DNA of 64,000 nucleotides from a virus (lineage: Duplodnaviria; Caudoviricetes). Positions 39,432 to 49,082 of the stretch are shown one piece after another. Each line of letters begins with the position of its first letter. Position 1 is the first letter of the stretch. The translations under genes and the position numbers were made by a program. The notes below the pieces were generated by a model that was given only the letters and a program-made list of their open reading frames with translations, was not told the DNA's origin and ran no database searches. The stretch lies in the IMG/VR virus record IMGVR_UViG_3300033463_000032, positions 64,411-128,410 of that record. One strand, 5' to 3'.

Positions 39432-39580
39432 AGGCCAATGGTTTGATTTAAGGTGAGATACCTTTGCTATGTAGAAATACATACTCATTGTAATATGATG
39501 ACGATCATATTAAGAGACTATCCATCCGGTGCATAAGGATTTGTTTAGATGTTACTAATGACGATTAAAATTTAAAGACA
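39432..39580 (+). ncRNA. Structured leader / candidate ncRNA upstream of the SSB gene
   Basis: Serial hairpins, including a GAAA loop and two AT-GACG-AT loops. Confidence 0.4.
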
Positions 39581-39600
39581 CTAAGAAAGGATTTAATAAT

Positions 39601-40611
39601 ATGCCGATAGATTTTAAAGCTTTGCAGGCTAAGAGTCAGAAAGAGTTAGAGAGCCAGAGCAATAGTGAAAACAGAACTGATTTCCCATATCCTTTTGTGT
39701 ATACTGGTCCTAATGGTAAACTTACAGTAAGACTTTTTTATAATGAACAGACTGGTTCTATCCAGAGAAGAATAGTAAGACATGCTATTGATTCAGAAGG
39801 GAAGAAAGCAGTATGCTTACAGGAATATGGTGAAGATTGCCCTATTTGTAGTGCTATTAAGAGTGCATTGGAAGTAGATGAAAAGTGTGGAGCCAGAATG
39901 AAGTATGGCTATAAGATCAGAGGTGTTTGTATTGCCCAGGTAATTGATCATGAAGCTACATATTTCACAGAAGAAGGTGATCCTAAGAAGGGTGATATTG
40001 TCATTCTTATGTACCCTAAAACAGTTTATGATCAGATCAACAGATTAATTGTTAATGCCGGAGAAAATCTTAACAAGGTGATTGGTTCTAATAAGGGAAT
40101 TGCTATTGTTATTGAAAAGATTTCTAAGGGTAAGAGCATCCCGGAATTTAATGTGTCTTTTGATACTTTCAGAGGAGAATTCAATGCTTTTGAAACTGAT
40201 GAAAAGTATGAAGAAGAAATAAGTAAGTTCCCTAGTCTTGATGATTTGTTCTATCCACCAAGGCCTACTGATGAAATCCGTACAACAGTACAAGCAGCAG
40301 CAGATGCGATCAGAGCTGAATATCTTGGAAGTAAAGTGGTAAATCCTAGTACGCCAAAGACTACACCTACACCAGCACCTACTAAGAAAGTTGAAGAAAC
40401 CAGAGAAATGCCTTTTGATCTGGGTGAAGATGATGATCTTCCTTTTGAAGTAGATGGTCTTGATGATCATGAAGTTAAGGAAGAACCGAAACCGGAAACT
40501 AAGACTAGTGAAGATTCAGAATTGCCACCTTGTTTTGGTAAGCATGATGATAATTCTTCTAAGTGCATTTTGTGTTCTTGTGAAGCTGAATGTCAGGAAA
40601 AGCATGGTTAA
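39601..40611 (+). CDS. Single-stranded DNA-binding protein (gp32-like) with acidic linker and C-terminal Cys cluster
   Basis: H...VC...GEDCPIC Zn site; DDDLPF acidic motif; position between primase and RecA. Confidence 0.7.
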   Translation: MPIDFKALQAKSQKELESQSNSENRTDFPYPFVYTGPNGKLTVRLFYNEQTGSIQRRIVRHAIDSEGKKAVCLQEYGEDCPICSAIKSALEVDEKCGARMKYGYKIRGVCIAQVIDHEATYFTEEGDPKKGDIVILMYPKTVYDQINRLIVNAGENLNKVIGSNKGIAIVIEKISKGKSIPEFNVSFDTFRGEFNAFETDEKYEEEISKFPSLDDLFYPPRPTDEIRTTVQAAADAIRAEYLGSKVVNPSTPKTTPTPAPTKKVEETREMPFDLGEDDDLPFEVDGLDDHEVKEEPKPETKTSEDSELPPCFGKHDDNSSKCILCSCEAECQEKHG

Positions 40612-40622
40612 TGATTAATGAA

Positions 40623-40655
40623 TATCTGGTAGGGATTTTCTCTACCAGATACTTT
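40623..40655 (+). terminator. Intrinsic terminator
   Basis: TATCTGGTAGGGA-ttt-TCTCTACCAGATA-CTTT. Confidence 0.75.
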
Positions 40656-40675
40656 AATCTAGAAAGGAAAAGAAA

Positions 40676-41890
40676 ATGGCTAGACCAAAGAAAGAAGTTT
40701 CTAATAATACTGCTATTGATTTAAATAATGACTTCTTTTCTGAACTTACAAAAGATACTGATTTTGTAATAGCAGATAAAGGATCTTTAATGCACTCAAG
40801 ATCTAAGGTAATTACACCAATGCCGGTACTTAATTGTATCTGGGGTGGTGGATTGCCTTTAGGAATTATGTGTGAAGTATCTGGACCTCCTAGTTCTGGT
40901 AAGTCTACATTTCTTTATCAGTGTATGGCTAACTATCAGAGAGATTATCCTAATGGTGTTTCTGTAATTCTTGATATGGAATCCAGTATGGATAATGATA
41001 GACTTACTGCTTTAGGTGTTGATATGGAGAAAGTATTAAGACTTCCCTCTGTTTCTATGGAAAAAGCATTTGGTAATCTTTTTGCATTATTGGAAAAGTT
41101 AAAAAATGCTATAGTGGATCATCCTGATCTGTCTGTTTTTATTATTTATGATAGTTTGGCTGCACAATCAACTGATAGTGAACAAGAGGCTGCTAAAAAC
41201 GGAAAGTCTACTTTAGGTGCAGGTACAGTAAGAGAAGATACCAGAACATTGAAGCATAATCTTAACAATGTTCTTCCTTATATGGAAAAGTTACCTATCT
41301 TTTTAGGATTGATTAATCAGGTAATGGTTAAGCCTAATCCTTATGGTGGTCCTGCTAAAGTAGAATCCGGTGGTGGTAATGCTCTCAAGCATTTGTGTCA
41401 TACTCATATAGTGTTTGGTTCTTCTAAAGATATTTATGAAGATCTGTTTATAGTCAGAAATGAATCTAAGGTAGAACTTCATAAGTCTAAGTTGTCACCC
41501 AAGATGGTAGATATTCCTTGCCACATAGATGTAACTAAAGGTGGTAAGATTGATGAAACCGATTCTTTTGTTAAGTATTTGACGGAAAAGAGTGTGGGGT
41601 TCATTACTACTGGTACATGGTACCAATTTGGTGATTATCTTAAAGAAACTATGTTTTTGACATATCCTCAATTATCTTCCCAGGAAGAGTTGAAGAAACT
41701 TTTAACACCTAATTATAGAAAAGATAATATGTATGAATTGATTTCTAATAATAAGGATCTTTTCTATTTCCTACAGGTTGCATTAATTGATTTCTTATGT
41801 GCTATTTACCCAGCACAAAAGATTATTACAGAATCCTATAAAGACAGTTTGATGAAAGATTGTAAATATTTTTCAAATACTGAAATCTAA
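40676..41890 (+). CDS. RecA/UvsX-like recombinase
   Basis: GGGLP.G..EVSGPPSSGKST, DME, YDSLAA, INQ, GG.ALKH. Confidence 0.93.
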   Translation: MARPKKEVSNNTAIDLNNDFFSELTKDTDFVIADKGSLMHSRSKVITPMPVLNCIWGGGLPLGIMCEVSGPPSSGKSTFLYQCMANYQRDYPNGVSVILDMESSMDNDRLTALGVDMEKVLRLPSVSMEKAFGNLFALLEKLKNAIVDHPDLSVFIIYDSLAAQSTDSEQEAAKNGKSTLGAGTVREDTRTLKHNLNNVLPYMEKLPIFLGLINQVMVKPNPYGGPAKVESGGGNALKHLCHTHIVFGSSKDIYEDLFIVRNESKVELHKSKLSPKMVDIPCHIDVTKGGKIDETDSFVKYLTEKSVGFITTGTWYQFGDYLKETMFLTYPQLSSQEELKKLLTPNYRKDNMYELISNNKDLFYFLQVALIDFLCAIYPAQKIITESYKDSLMKDCKYFSNTEI

Positions 41891-41916
41891 ATTTTATAAA
41901 ATGTGTTATATGTTAT
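41885..41916 (+). promoter_or_regulatory. Class II promoter
   Basis: ATCTAAA-N10-TGTGTT-ATA-TGTTAT. Confidence 0.7.
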
Positions 41917-41921
41917 GAAGA

Positions 41922-41986
41922 GTGCTTGAACCACCTCTTGTAACTTGATTAGTGGTTGGGTCTAGGGGTTAGCTCCTAGACCTTTC
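41922..41986 (+). ncRNA. Candidate trans-acting sRNA (or structured 5' UTR)
   Basis: Downstream of promoter; AACCAC/GTGGTT stem with 17-nt loop CTCTTGTAACTTGATTA; then GGTCTAGGGG-ttag-CTCCTAGACC-TTT hairpin. Confidence 0.5.
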
Positions 41987-42004
41987 CTATTAAAAGGAAA
42001 CAAT

Positions 42005-42685
42005 ATGATTGATCTGGTGCCGATAGAAAAAAAGATACATGCATATATAAATTCCGGGGATTTGGAAAATCCGGATCTTTTTATGCAGATAAAAAATCTA
42101 TCTACCATTTGGTTATATAGACATAGGAAATGTAATTGCTATGCAGATGCAGAAGAAGTAGGAACTATCTTAGCTGAATTTCTTTATCTTAGATTATTTA
42201 ATCCTAATGCTAAACCTATAGGAAGATGGATAATGTATATTTCCAAAGCCTATCCTATAGCATTGACTGAATGGGCAAAGATAAGTAATACACAAATAAT
42301 TGACACCAAGAATAATGAACGTCTGGAAAAAGCAATTCTTCAAATGTCAGCAGGATCTACAATAGATAATGAAGATATTGCTAAGATGTATAACTGGAAT
42401 TATTTGAATACACTCCCTGATTTAGTTGATTCTGTAATGTTTGGTTCTAGATTTGCTATGGACACAGTTTCTTATTTAAATGCCAAGATTACTTTGTTGA
42501 TTTCTGTTTATCATAACAGATACATTTGTTTTGGTTTATCCGAAGAAGATTCAATGTATGCCAGAATGTTATACAGAGTTTTATGTGATCGTATGATGGT
42601 GGATCTTAGACCAGACATTAGTGATAACTCATTAACGTTATTGCAAGATTTCTATTTAGAAGAATATATAGATGAACTTGAATGA
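42005..42685 (+). CDS. Hypothetical protein (possible transcription factor)
   Basis: Helical ORF next to the Mor-like gene. Confidence 0.6.
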   Translation: MIDLVPIEKKIHAYINSGDLENPDLFMQIKNLSTIWLYRHRKCNCYADAEEVGTILAEFLYLRLFNPNAKPIGRWIMYISKAYPIALTEWAKISNTQIIDTKNNERLEKAILQMSAGSTIDNEDIAKMYNWNYLNTLPDLVDSVMFGSRFAMDTVSYLNAKITLLISVYHNRYICFGLSEEDSMYARMLYRVLCDRMMVDLRPDISDNSLTLLQDFYLEEYIDELE

Positions 42686-42699
42686 ATGGAGATATATAG

Positions 42700-43098
42700 A
42701 TGGTTATCGATATATTTGACAGATTAAATAAAGAGGACACATATTCAATGATGTGTGTATTATTGTTTGCTATGTCAGATGATTCTAGATACTCTACATT
42801 GAATGAACTAGCATATCTTTTGGATAGCAAAGGGTTTGTAAATATCCTTAAGTACTATGAAGGGCAAACAATTAAAATCCCTTCATTAGAAGAAAGTAAG
42901 ATAGCATTAAGGATCTTGTTGTTATATCAGCATTACAAAATTGATAAGGTTTCCTGGGAAACTGCTCTGGATCTTTCCGGATTTTCTAAAGATGAATCAG
43001 CAAAAGCTAAAATGTATCTTACCAAGTTCTTAGAAAAACTTGGAGAATATGATTACAAAAGAGGTGGTATCAAGAATGTATTTAAACTTCAATCCTGA
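42700..43098 (+). CDS. Mor-like transcription activator (tentative)
   Basis: ELA.LL....F..IL.YYEGQTIKIP resembles the Mor dimerisation motif G..iyiP. Confidence 0.45.
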   Translation: MVIDIFDRLNKEDTYSMMCVLLFAMSDDSRYSTLNELAYLLDSKGFVNILKYYEGQTIKIPSLEESKIALRILLLYQHYKIDKVSWETALDLSGFSKDESAKAKMYLTKFLEKLGEYDYKRGGIKNVFKLQS

Positions 43099-43716
43099 TA
43101 TCATTAATGACTGTTTAAATGACTTACAAGAGCCTTTAAGTGATAAAAAGGTGTTTATGTCTAATCTTATACAGGAACGTCTTAAACAGATCAATAGAAG
43201 TGATTTAGAGCATTTTGATAAGAATTTAAAGATGTTGGAAAGAAGGGTAGAAGAAAAAGACTGTTCATTATATGAAATAACCAGAATGTTAAATAAGTTA
43301 AGTATGGTATCAAAAAGTATATGTAAGGCAGAACTTACATTGTGGAAAAAGTTAGAGAGGTTGTAATGTACGGAGTTTATTCTAAGTTTGATCTGGAAAT
43401 GCACAAGAAAACATATGTTAATTATCTGGAAGTTATTGTATTCCCGGATGGTCATGTTGAATATGCAGTTCCTTCACATCAGGAATTCCTTATTAATGTT
43501 TGCTGCAAGAAGTATAACATTAGCAGAGATCAATTAAATAAACTTTGTCCTAAAGAATATTATTGTGATTTTACACAATGGTTATGTAATGAATCCGGTT
43601 GTGTTAGTTTGTGGAATAACTATTTAATAAGACCGGAATATATAACAGATGAACAAAGAAATACTTTAAAATTGTTAAAAAAAGAAAAGTTATATGTAGG
43701 AGATTTAGTATGTTAG
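43040..43716 (+). CDS. Two hypothetical ORFs (~43076-43366; ~43366-43716 with YAVPSHQE motif)
   Basis: Packed ORFs with RBS. Confidence 0.6.
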
Positions 43717-44244
43717 TACCGGCTATTTGTTATAAAGATGAATTGATGAAACAGTATGATCTTTTGAGATATTCTGATAAGGCTGTTTACTTTAATGGTT
43801 GTATTGAATTTGGCAGACTTTATATTAATGAAGAGCCAAGTGAAGGACATTTTCAATATGCAATTATTGAAGAAAAGACAAAGGAATTGGTAGGATATCT
43901 GGGATTTCATGTTGATTTTTATTCTCAAGGTGTCTGGGGAATAGGCCTTATTAATTTTAGAGAAAAGCCTAGTTTTGCAATTACCAGTGCTATTCGGGAA
44001 GCGTTATATCAAATAGAACAATATGATCTTCATAGAATTGAATTCCGGGCAATAGAAGGTAATCCGGCTGTTAAAAGATATGATAAGCTCATTAATAAAT
44101 TAAAAGATTCTACTATATGGACTGCAAAAAAAGATTGTTTTAACAGAGTGTTTTAAAGATAGAAGTGGTAAATTTAGGGATTCTTATATTTATGAAATAG
44201 TAAAAGATGAATACCCAGATCCTTGGGATTTGCCTAATCTTTGA
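43710..44244 (+). pseudogene. RimJ-like GNAT acetyltransferase with a +1 frameshift in an A7 run
   Basis: YAI......VGY.....LHRIEF....GNPA...Y; +1 frame continues KIVLTECFKDRSGKFRDSYIYEI to TGA 44244. Confidence 0.7.
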
Positions 44245-44275
44245 TGTGACTTGAATAAGAAGGCGATAAAGACTG

Positions 44276-46791
44276 ATGGATAATCAAGAAGCAATTGAAA
44301 TACTTAAACAATATCCGGATATGGTAATTAATTCTTTTGAAAAACCTTTAGATTATAAAGGTGCTTGTAATAAAGGTATTGAAGCATTACAAGCTTGGGA
44401 TGAAATTGAAAAAAGTGGTATGCCTACCTTGGTAATTGAAGATTGTGCGTATATTTTAACCAGAGGTCATATAGAAGCTTTGGTTAAATATAACGAAGAA
44501 CAGAACAATAAGGATCTTGAAGACTTTGGTAAGTTCTTAAAGAAGGTGGTAAATAATGAACAATGATTTGATTAGTCGTAGTGCTTTGAAAGAGGTGCTT
44601 AAAGAATGTGCTTATTCTTATGATGGTGTAAACACTTGGATAATGAAAGATGAAGTTTTAGGTATCATCGACAATGCCCCGACGGTTGAAGTCAGAGATA
44701 ACTTCGATATTGGATATGTTCAAGGCTTAGAAGATGGTCAGAAAAGACCGCAAGGAGAGAAAGTGAGGTAATATTATGGAATGGGCTTTAACATTCTTTG
44801 CAGGTTGGCTTGCTTGTATGATTTATGAGGGTATTAAAAGAAGAAGGGGTGAGAAGGAATGATACGAAGAAAATGCAATTCCCCTAAATTCAATGTGATT
44901 GTATGTTGTCAAGGTGAACCAAATTATTATCAACATTCAACATTGATAGGTGCTTTGGTTGAATATGCCTATCAGTATATTAAACATAAAAAATATGGAA
45001 CTATGAATTTTTCTTTAAAAGAGTATGAGAGGTGATAAAGAATGAAAGAACCGTTGTTTTTTAAGATAAAACTCAAACTGTATCACTTCTTTTCAAATAT
45101 TTACGGACACGACTATTGTTGTTGTAGAAATCCGTTTCATAATTGCAAAAAATGTGGTTTCTATCTTGAACTTGAAGAAGATAGGAGAGAGGAATATGAG
45201 AGGCAAAGAAGATGAAAGTAATAATTGATATTGACGAAGATATGTATAAGGCATGTCAACGTGCGGTTAATAATCCTAAAATGACGGTAGATGAAGTAGA
45301 TGTAGCAATCGCAAACGGCACACCTGTTTTAACCGAGGGCGATTTGATTAGCCGTGAGGCGTTGAAAAAGGCAATTCAAGATAACGGATATAAACATTAT
45401 TTTGAAATCTTTGAAATTATCGACAATGCCCCGACAGTTGAGATCAGAGATAACTTCGATATTGGATATGTTCAAGGCTTAGAAGATGGTCAAAAAAGAC
45501 CGCAAGGAGAGTGGATTCCTGTTGGTGTGATTTTGCCCGAAGCAGGAAAAAGCGTACTTGTTTGTGTTAAAACGCAAGGTGGTATATCGCAATTTGTTAG
45601 TGAAAGATTTAACGGCAATAATTGGTCAGCATTATGCGGAAGGGAACCTATCGCTTGGCAACCTTTACCGAAACCGTATGAAGGGGAAGAACAATGAGTG
45701 TAAAGAATGGCAAGGTTTGTTGTAATTGTCGAAGATGTAAGAGAGTAAAAGAGAGAGGACAGGTGGCGTGTTATTGTGAGATAGACAATCGTTATCTTTC
45801 CTATGTTACAGTTATGACTTACTGGTGTAGACGTTGGGCAAAGGTGATGTGTTAATTCGTTTGAAGTGTCATTCTCTTAGGTGTATTCCGAAAGAAGGTG
45901 GTAAAGATGGTAAATTGTGAGGGTTGTATTCACAAAGATTTGTGCAAAGCAAACGGAGTAAAAGACGAATACGTTGCGGATTCCTGCTCGTTTTACGAGA
46001 AGAAAAAAGAGAAGAAGTGGACACCTATTAGTGAAGGTGTTCCCTCTGAATATTGCAGGTGTTGGATAACAACTGTTGATGGAAGAGTTTCGGCTGACTA
46101 TTTTACTGGTGGAGGTTTTGCTCTTACTAGTAAAGATAGGATAGTTGCTTGGATGCCAAGTGATGAAGAACCCGAACCTTATGGTACAGAAATAAGCGAC
46201 GAAGAAGCAATAGATATCTTAAAAGAAGTTAAAGAGTTGGCAGTATGTTTGAATCAGAAATATGAAAAGGCGTTAGATATAGCAATCAAATCCTTGAAGG
46301 AAAATGAATATGCTAGAAAGATGAAAGAAAACGGTTACATGATGATTTGGACAAAGGATGTGTCAAAATGAAACAATATTGTCGCTACTGTATAAATCTA
46401 TATGTCGGAAACAGTATCTACTGTCAGGCAAAGCGCAAGATACTGACTGAATCCACCACAAAATGTATCAACACCTGCAAGGAGTTTGAGTTTTGTGAAA
46501 TGGATACCTATGACACAAGTAAGGAATACAAGCCTCATACTAAGGCTCATTTTCCACACAAGATAACCACAGAACAAATATCTATGTTTGAGGAGGTAAA
46601 TAACAATGACAGACGCAACGTTGAGAAAATTAGAGAATGACGAAGTAGGGAAACAGGTATTGTCTTTTATACCTCACAACTTAGGAATACCTCTATCAGA
46701 GGTAATGGATATTTCAATTTACAGAGATCGTAATGGAAACTTAACTGACATTGTAATTCTGTTTGAAGATAAGCACTGGGAACATGCCTGA
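44276..46791 (+). CDS. Cluster of modular small ORFs (44276-44566, 44556-44771, 45212-45697 and 45898-46371 with DUF551-like WIP..AW.P domain, ~46368-46640, 46606-46791)
   Basis: Recurring peptide modules; CpG-richer composition. Confidence 0.65.
44667..44759 (+). repeat. 93-bp direct repeat, copy 1
   Basis: 89/93 identical to 45419-45511. Confidence 0.95.
45419..45511 (+). repeat. 93-bp direct repeat, copy 2
   Basis: 89/93 identical to 44667-44759. Confidence 0.95.
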
Positions 46792-46822
46792 TGTGAGTTT
46801 GCTTAAGAAGGAGAACAAACTA

Positions 46823-47452
46823 ATGAGTAAGTATTGGAGACATTTTAAGACAGTTTGTAAGCATAAGTGGTATGTATTTAAAGAATGTAGAGCTTGTGGT
46901 TTTACATGGTTAGGAATAGTTCATGATTTGTCCAAGTTTGGGCCATCTGAATTCATATCTTCTGCAAGGCATTTTCAAGGAGACAGATCACCAATTGATG
47001 CTGAAAAAGAAAAACTGGGATATTCAAAAGCCTGGCTGCATCATAAAAGTCATAACAAACATCACTGGGAATATTGGACTGATTTTGCTGATGATGGATC
47101 TGTTATTGCTAATGAACTGCCTTTCAAATATCTGGTTGAAATGATTTGTGACTGGATAGGAGCAGGAAAGGCATATCGGAAAGAAGAATGGACACCGGAT
47201 GAACCATTAAAATATTACAACAAGGTAGAAGATAAGCTACACCTTCATCTTTACACGAAAGGTGAATTTGTATTTTTGTTATCACTTATTAGTCAAAACA
47301 GAATAGAAGAATTTCACAAGTATTGTAGAAGATTAAAAAATTATAGATCAGTAGTTAATAGAGCAGTAGCAGGAGGGTATACAAAAGAATTTAGTGATTT
47401 CTTACATGAAACTTTTATAGATAAAAAAGAATTTGGAAAACAGGAGTTTTGA
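46823..47452 (+). CDS. HD-domain phosphohydrolase (DUF5662-like)
   Basis: HK..V...HDLSK....EF; AWLHH..HN.HHWEYW; EMICDWIGAG; AAGGAG RBS. Confidence 0.8.
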   Translation: MSKYWRHFKTVCKHKWYVFKECRACGFTWLGIVHDLSKFGPSEFISSARHFQGDRSPIDAEKEKLGYSKAWLHHKSHNKHHWEYWTDFADDGSVIANELPFKYLVEMICDWIGAGKAYRKEEWTPDEPLKYYNKVEDKLHLHLYTKGEFVFLLSLISQNRIEEFHKYCRRLKNYRSVVNRAVAGGYTKEFSDFLHETFIDKKEFGKQEF

Positions 47453-47455
47453 ATA

Positions 47456-48108
47456 ATGGCTAATTATAAGTTTAAATGCCCTTTTAAATCAGAATGTGAT
47501 GATGAAGTAGTTTGTGAATCCTGTAAGTATTTTATAGGATTTCAAGATGGAGCTAACTTCATTGCAGAGAAGTATCAAGAAGAATTAATAAAAGCACTTG
47601 AAGAAGATCTTTTAGATGATCCAGAGGATGAAGAATGAAAATTAAAACTTTTGGAAATAGTATTCCAATTGATGATATTACTGGTTATTAAAACTAAGAA
47701 GATTTGGTGATTATATGGATAACAAAGAAGCAGATCAATTAATAAAAGACTGTAGCAAAGAGTTAGGTAAAGGTTATCATCCTGGATATGTACCGGAATA
47801 TAAGAATGATCCTACATACAGAGCTTTAGAACTTATTTATGGAAAAGAAATGATGCAGAATATAACGAGGGAGAAAAAAGAAGATGAAAGCAATAAAGCA
47901 AATTGAATTGACCGAAGAAGATCAGAAACTTATTCTGGATTTTATGAAGCTTGTAGATGAAATGGCTGAATATACCGGAAAGAGTATTGATGATATTTTT
48001 GAATATTTGGCACAGAATACTGCTGTTATTCCGGGGACTAGTGTGGATAAGGTTTCTTGTGATTGGATGTTAAAATTTGGGAATACAATTCCTATTGATG
48101 ATATTTAA
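47456..48108 (+). CDS. Small hypothetical ORFs (47456-47638, 47715-47906, 47884-48108)
   Basis: Packed ORFs. Confidence 0.55.
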
Positions 48109-48287
48109 GAATGTGAGGATCTGACAAATGGATGAACAAGATCTAAAAGATATAAAAACAGTTGTTATAGCATTGCTACAACATATAAGACAGAGATATG
48201 GTGATATTTATTATTTTAGTTGGGATGAAGTAGAAGAACTAAAAAAGATTGAATCTAGATTGCTAGGTAATACTAAGGAGGAATAAT

Positions 48288-49082
48288 ATGTCATATTTTA
48301 GAGCAACATACGAAGGACACAACAGATACCATATTGATTTCTATACCGAGGATGAAAATCGTTTCGAACTGGTAGAAATTAATTGCAAAGAGGCTGTCAA
48401 GGAAAAGTATTCATCCTTTACAACGTCTTACAGTTGTGGAATGTATGGTGTCGAGTTTAGTACAGATAAAAAGGAAATATTCTTTGATATTCAAGCCCTT
48501 TGCAGAGCCATAGTTGATACCGAAGAAGAGGAGAAAGCGAAAAATGGTGAAGAACTAATGAGAGTGCGCAAAGTTGAATATGATGATGAGGATGATGAAG
48601 ACTTTGACGAAGAAGAAGACGAAGAAGAAACCGACTACTATGACGAAGAAGACCATCTTGTTAAGTACGCCAAGAGTGAGTTGCGTAGGATTACTCGCAT
48701 TGGAGACGAGTATCAGGAAAGAATGAACAAGGATGTTCTCGCTCTTATCAAGGTTATCAGCAGTCAGGGACATTCAGGATTCAGCATTAACTGTGTTCTT
48801 AACTACTTCAACAGGCTTGCAAGGTTCAAGCCATTATCTCCACTTACAGGAGAGGATGACGAATGGGGAGAGATAACAAACGGACAGTATCAGAACAAGA
48901 GATATTCTGCTGTGTTCAAAGACAAGGATGGCAAAACCTATGACATAGAGGGCAAGGTATTTTCTGATGATGATGGCAAGTCATGGTTTCAGAATGGGAA
49001 TAGCCGTGTAGAGGTAACATTCCCTTATACCGTTCCTGATGAACCTGAAAAGGTAATCTTAGTGCCGAAGGAGGAAAAGTAA
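48288..49082 (+). CDS. Phage protein: duplicated N-terminal unit, acidic linker, and GHSGFS/PLSPLTGEDDEW domain
   Basis: AAGGAGG RBS; recognisable phage domain in the C-terminal half. Confidence 0.75.
   Translation: MSYFRATYEGHNRYHIDFYTEDENRFELVEINCKEAVKEKYSSFTTSYSCGMYGVEFSTDKKEIFFDIQALCRAIVDTEEEEKAKNGEELMRVRKVEYDDEDDEDFDEEEDEEETDYYDEEDHLVKYAKSELRRITRIGDEYQERMNKDVLALIKVISSQGHSGFSINCVLNYFNRLARFKPLSPLTGEDDEWGEITNGQYQNKRYSAVFKDKDGKTYDIEGKVFSDDDGKSWFQNGNSRVEVTFPYTVPDEPEKVILVPKEEK

Noticed and set aside
39432-39492. Hammerhead ribozyme or tRNA
   Set aside because: Lacks the CUGAnGA/GAAA core arrangement and any T-loop/anticodon cloverleaf
41890-41950. Minus-strand gene with CAAGTTA leader and GAGGTG RBS
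   Set aside because: No start codon at suitable spacing and the frame closes quickly; promoter and hairpins point to the plus strand
44667-45511. Diversity-generating retroelement TR/VR pair
   Set aside because: Mismatches run in both directions, both copies are coding, and no reverse transcriptase is present in the window
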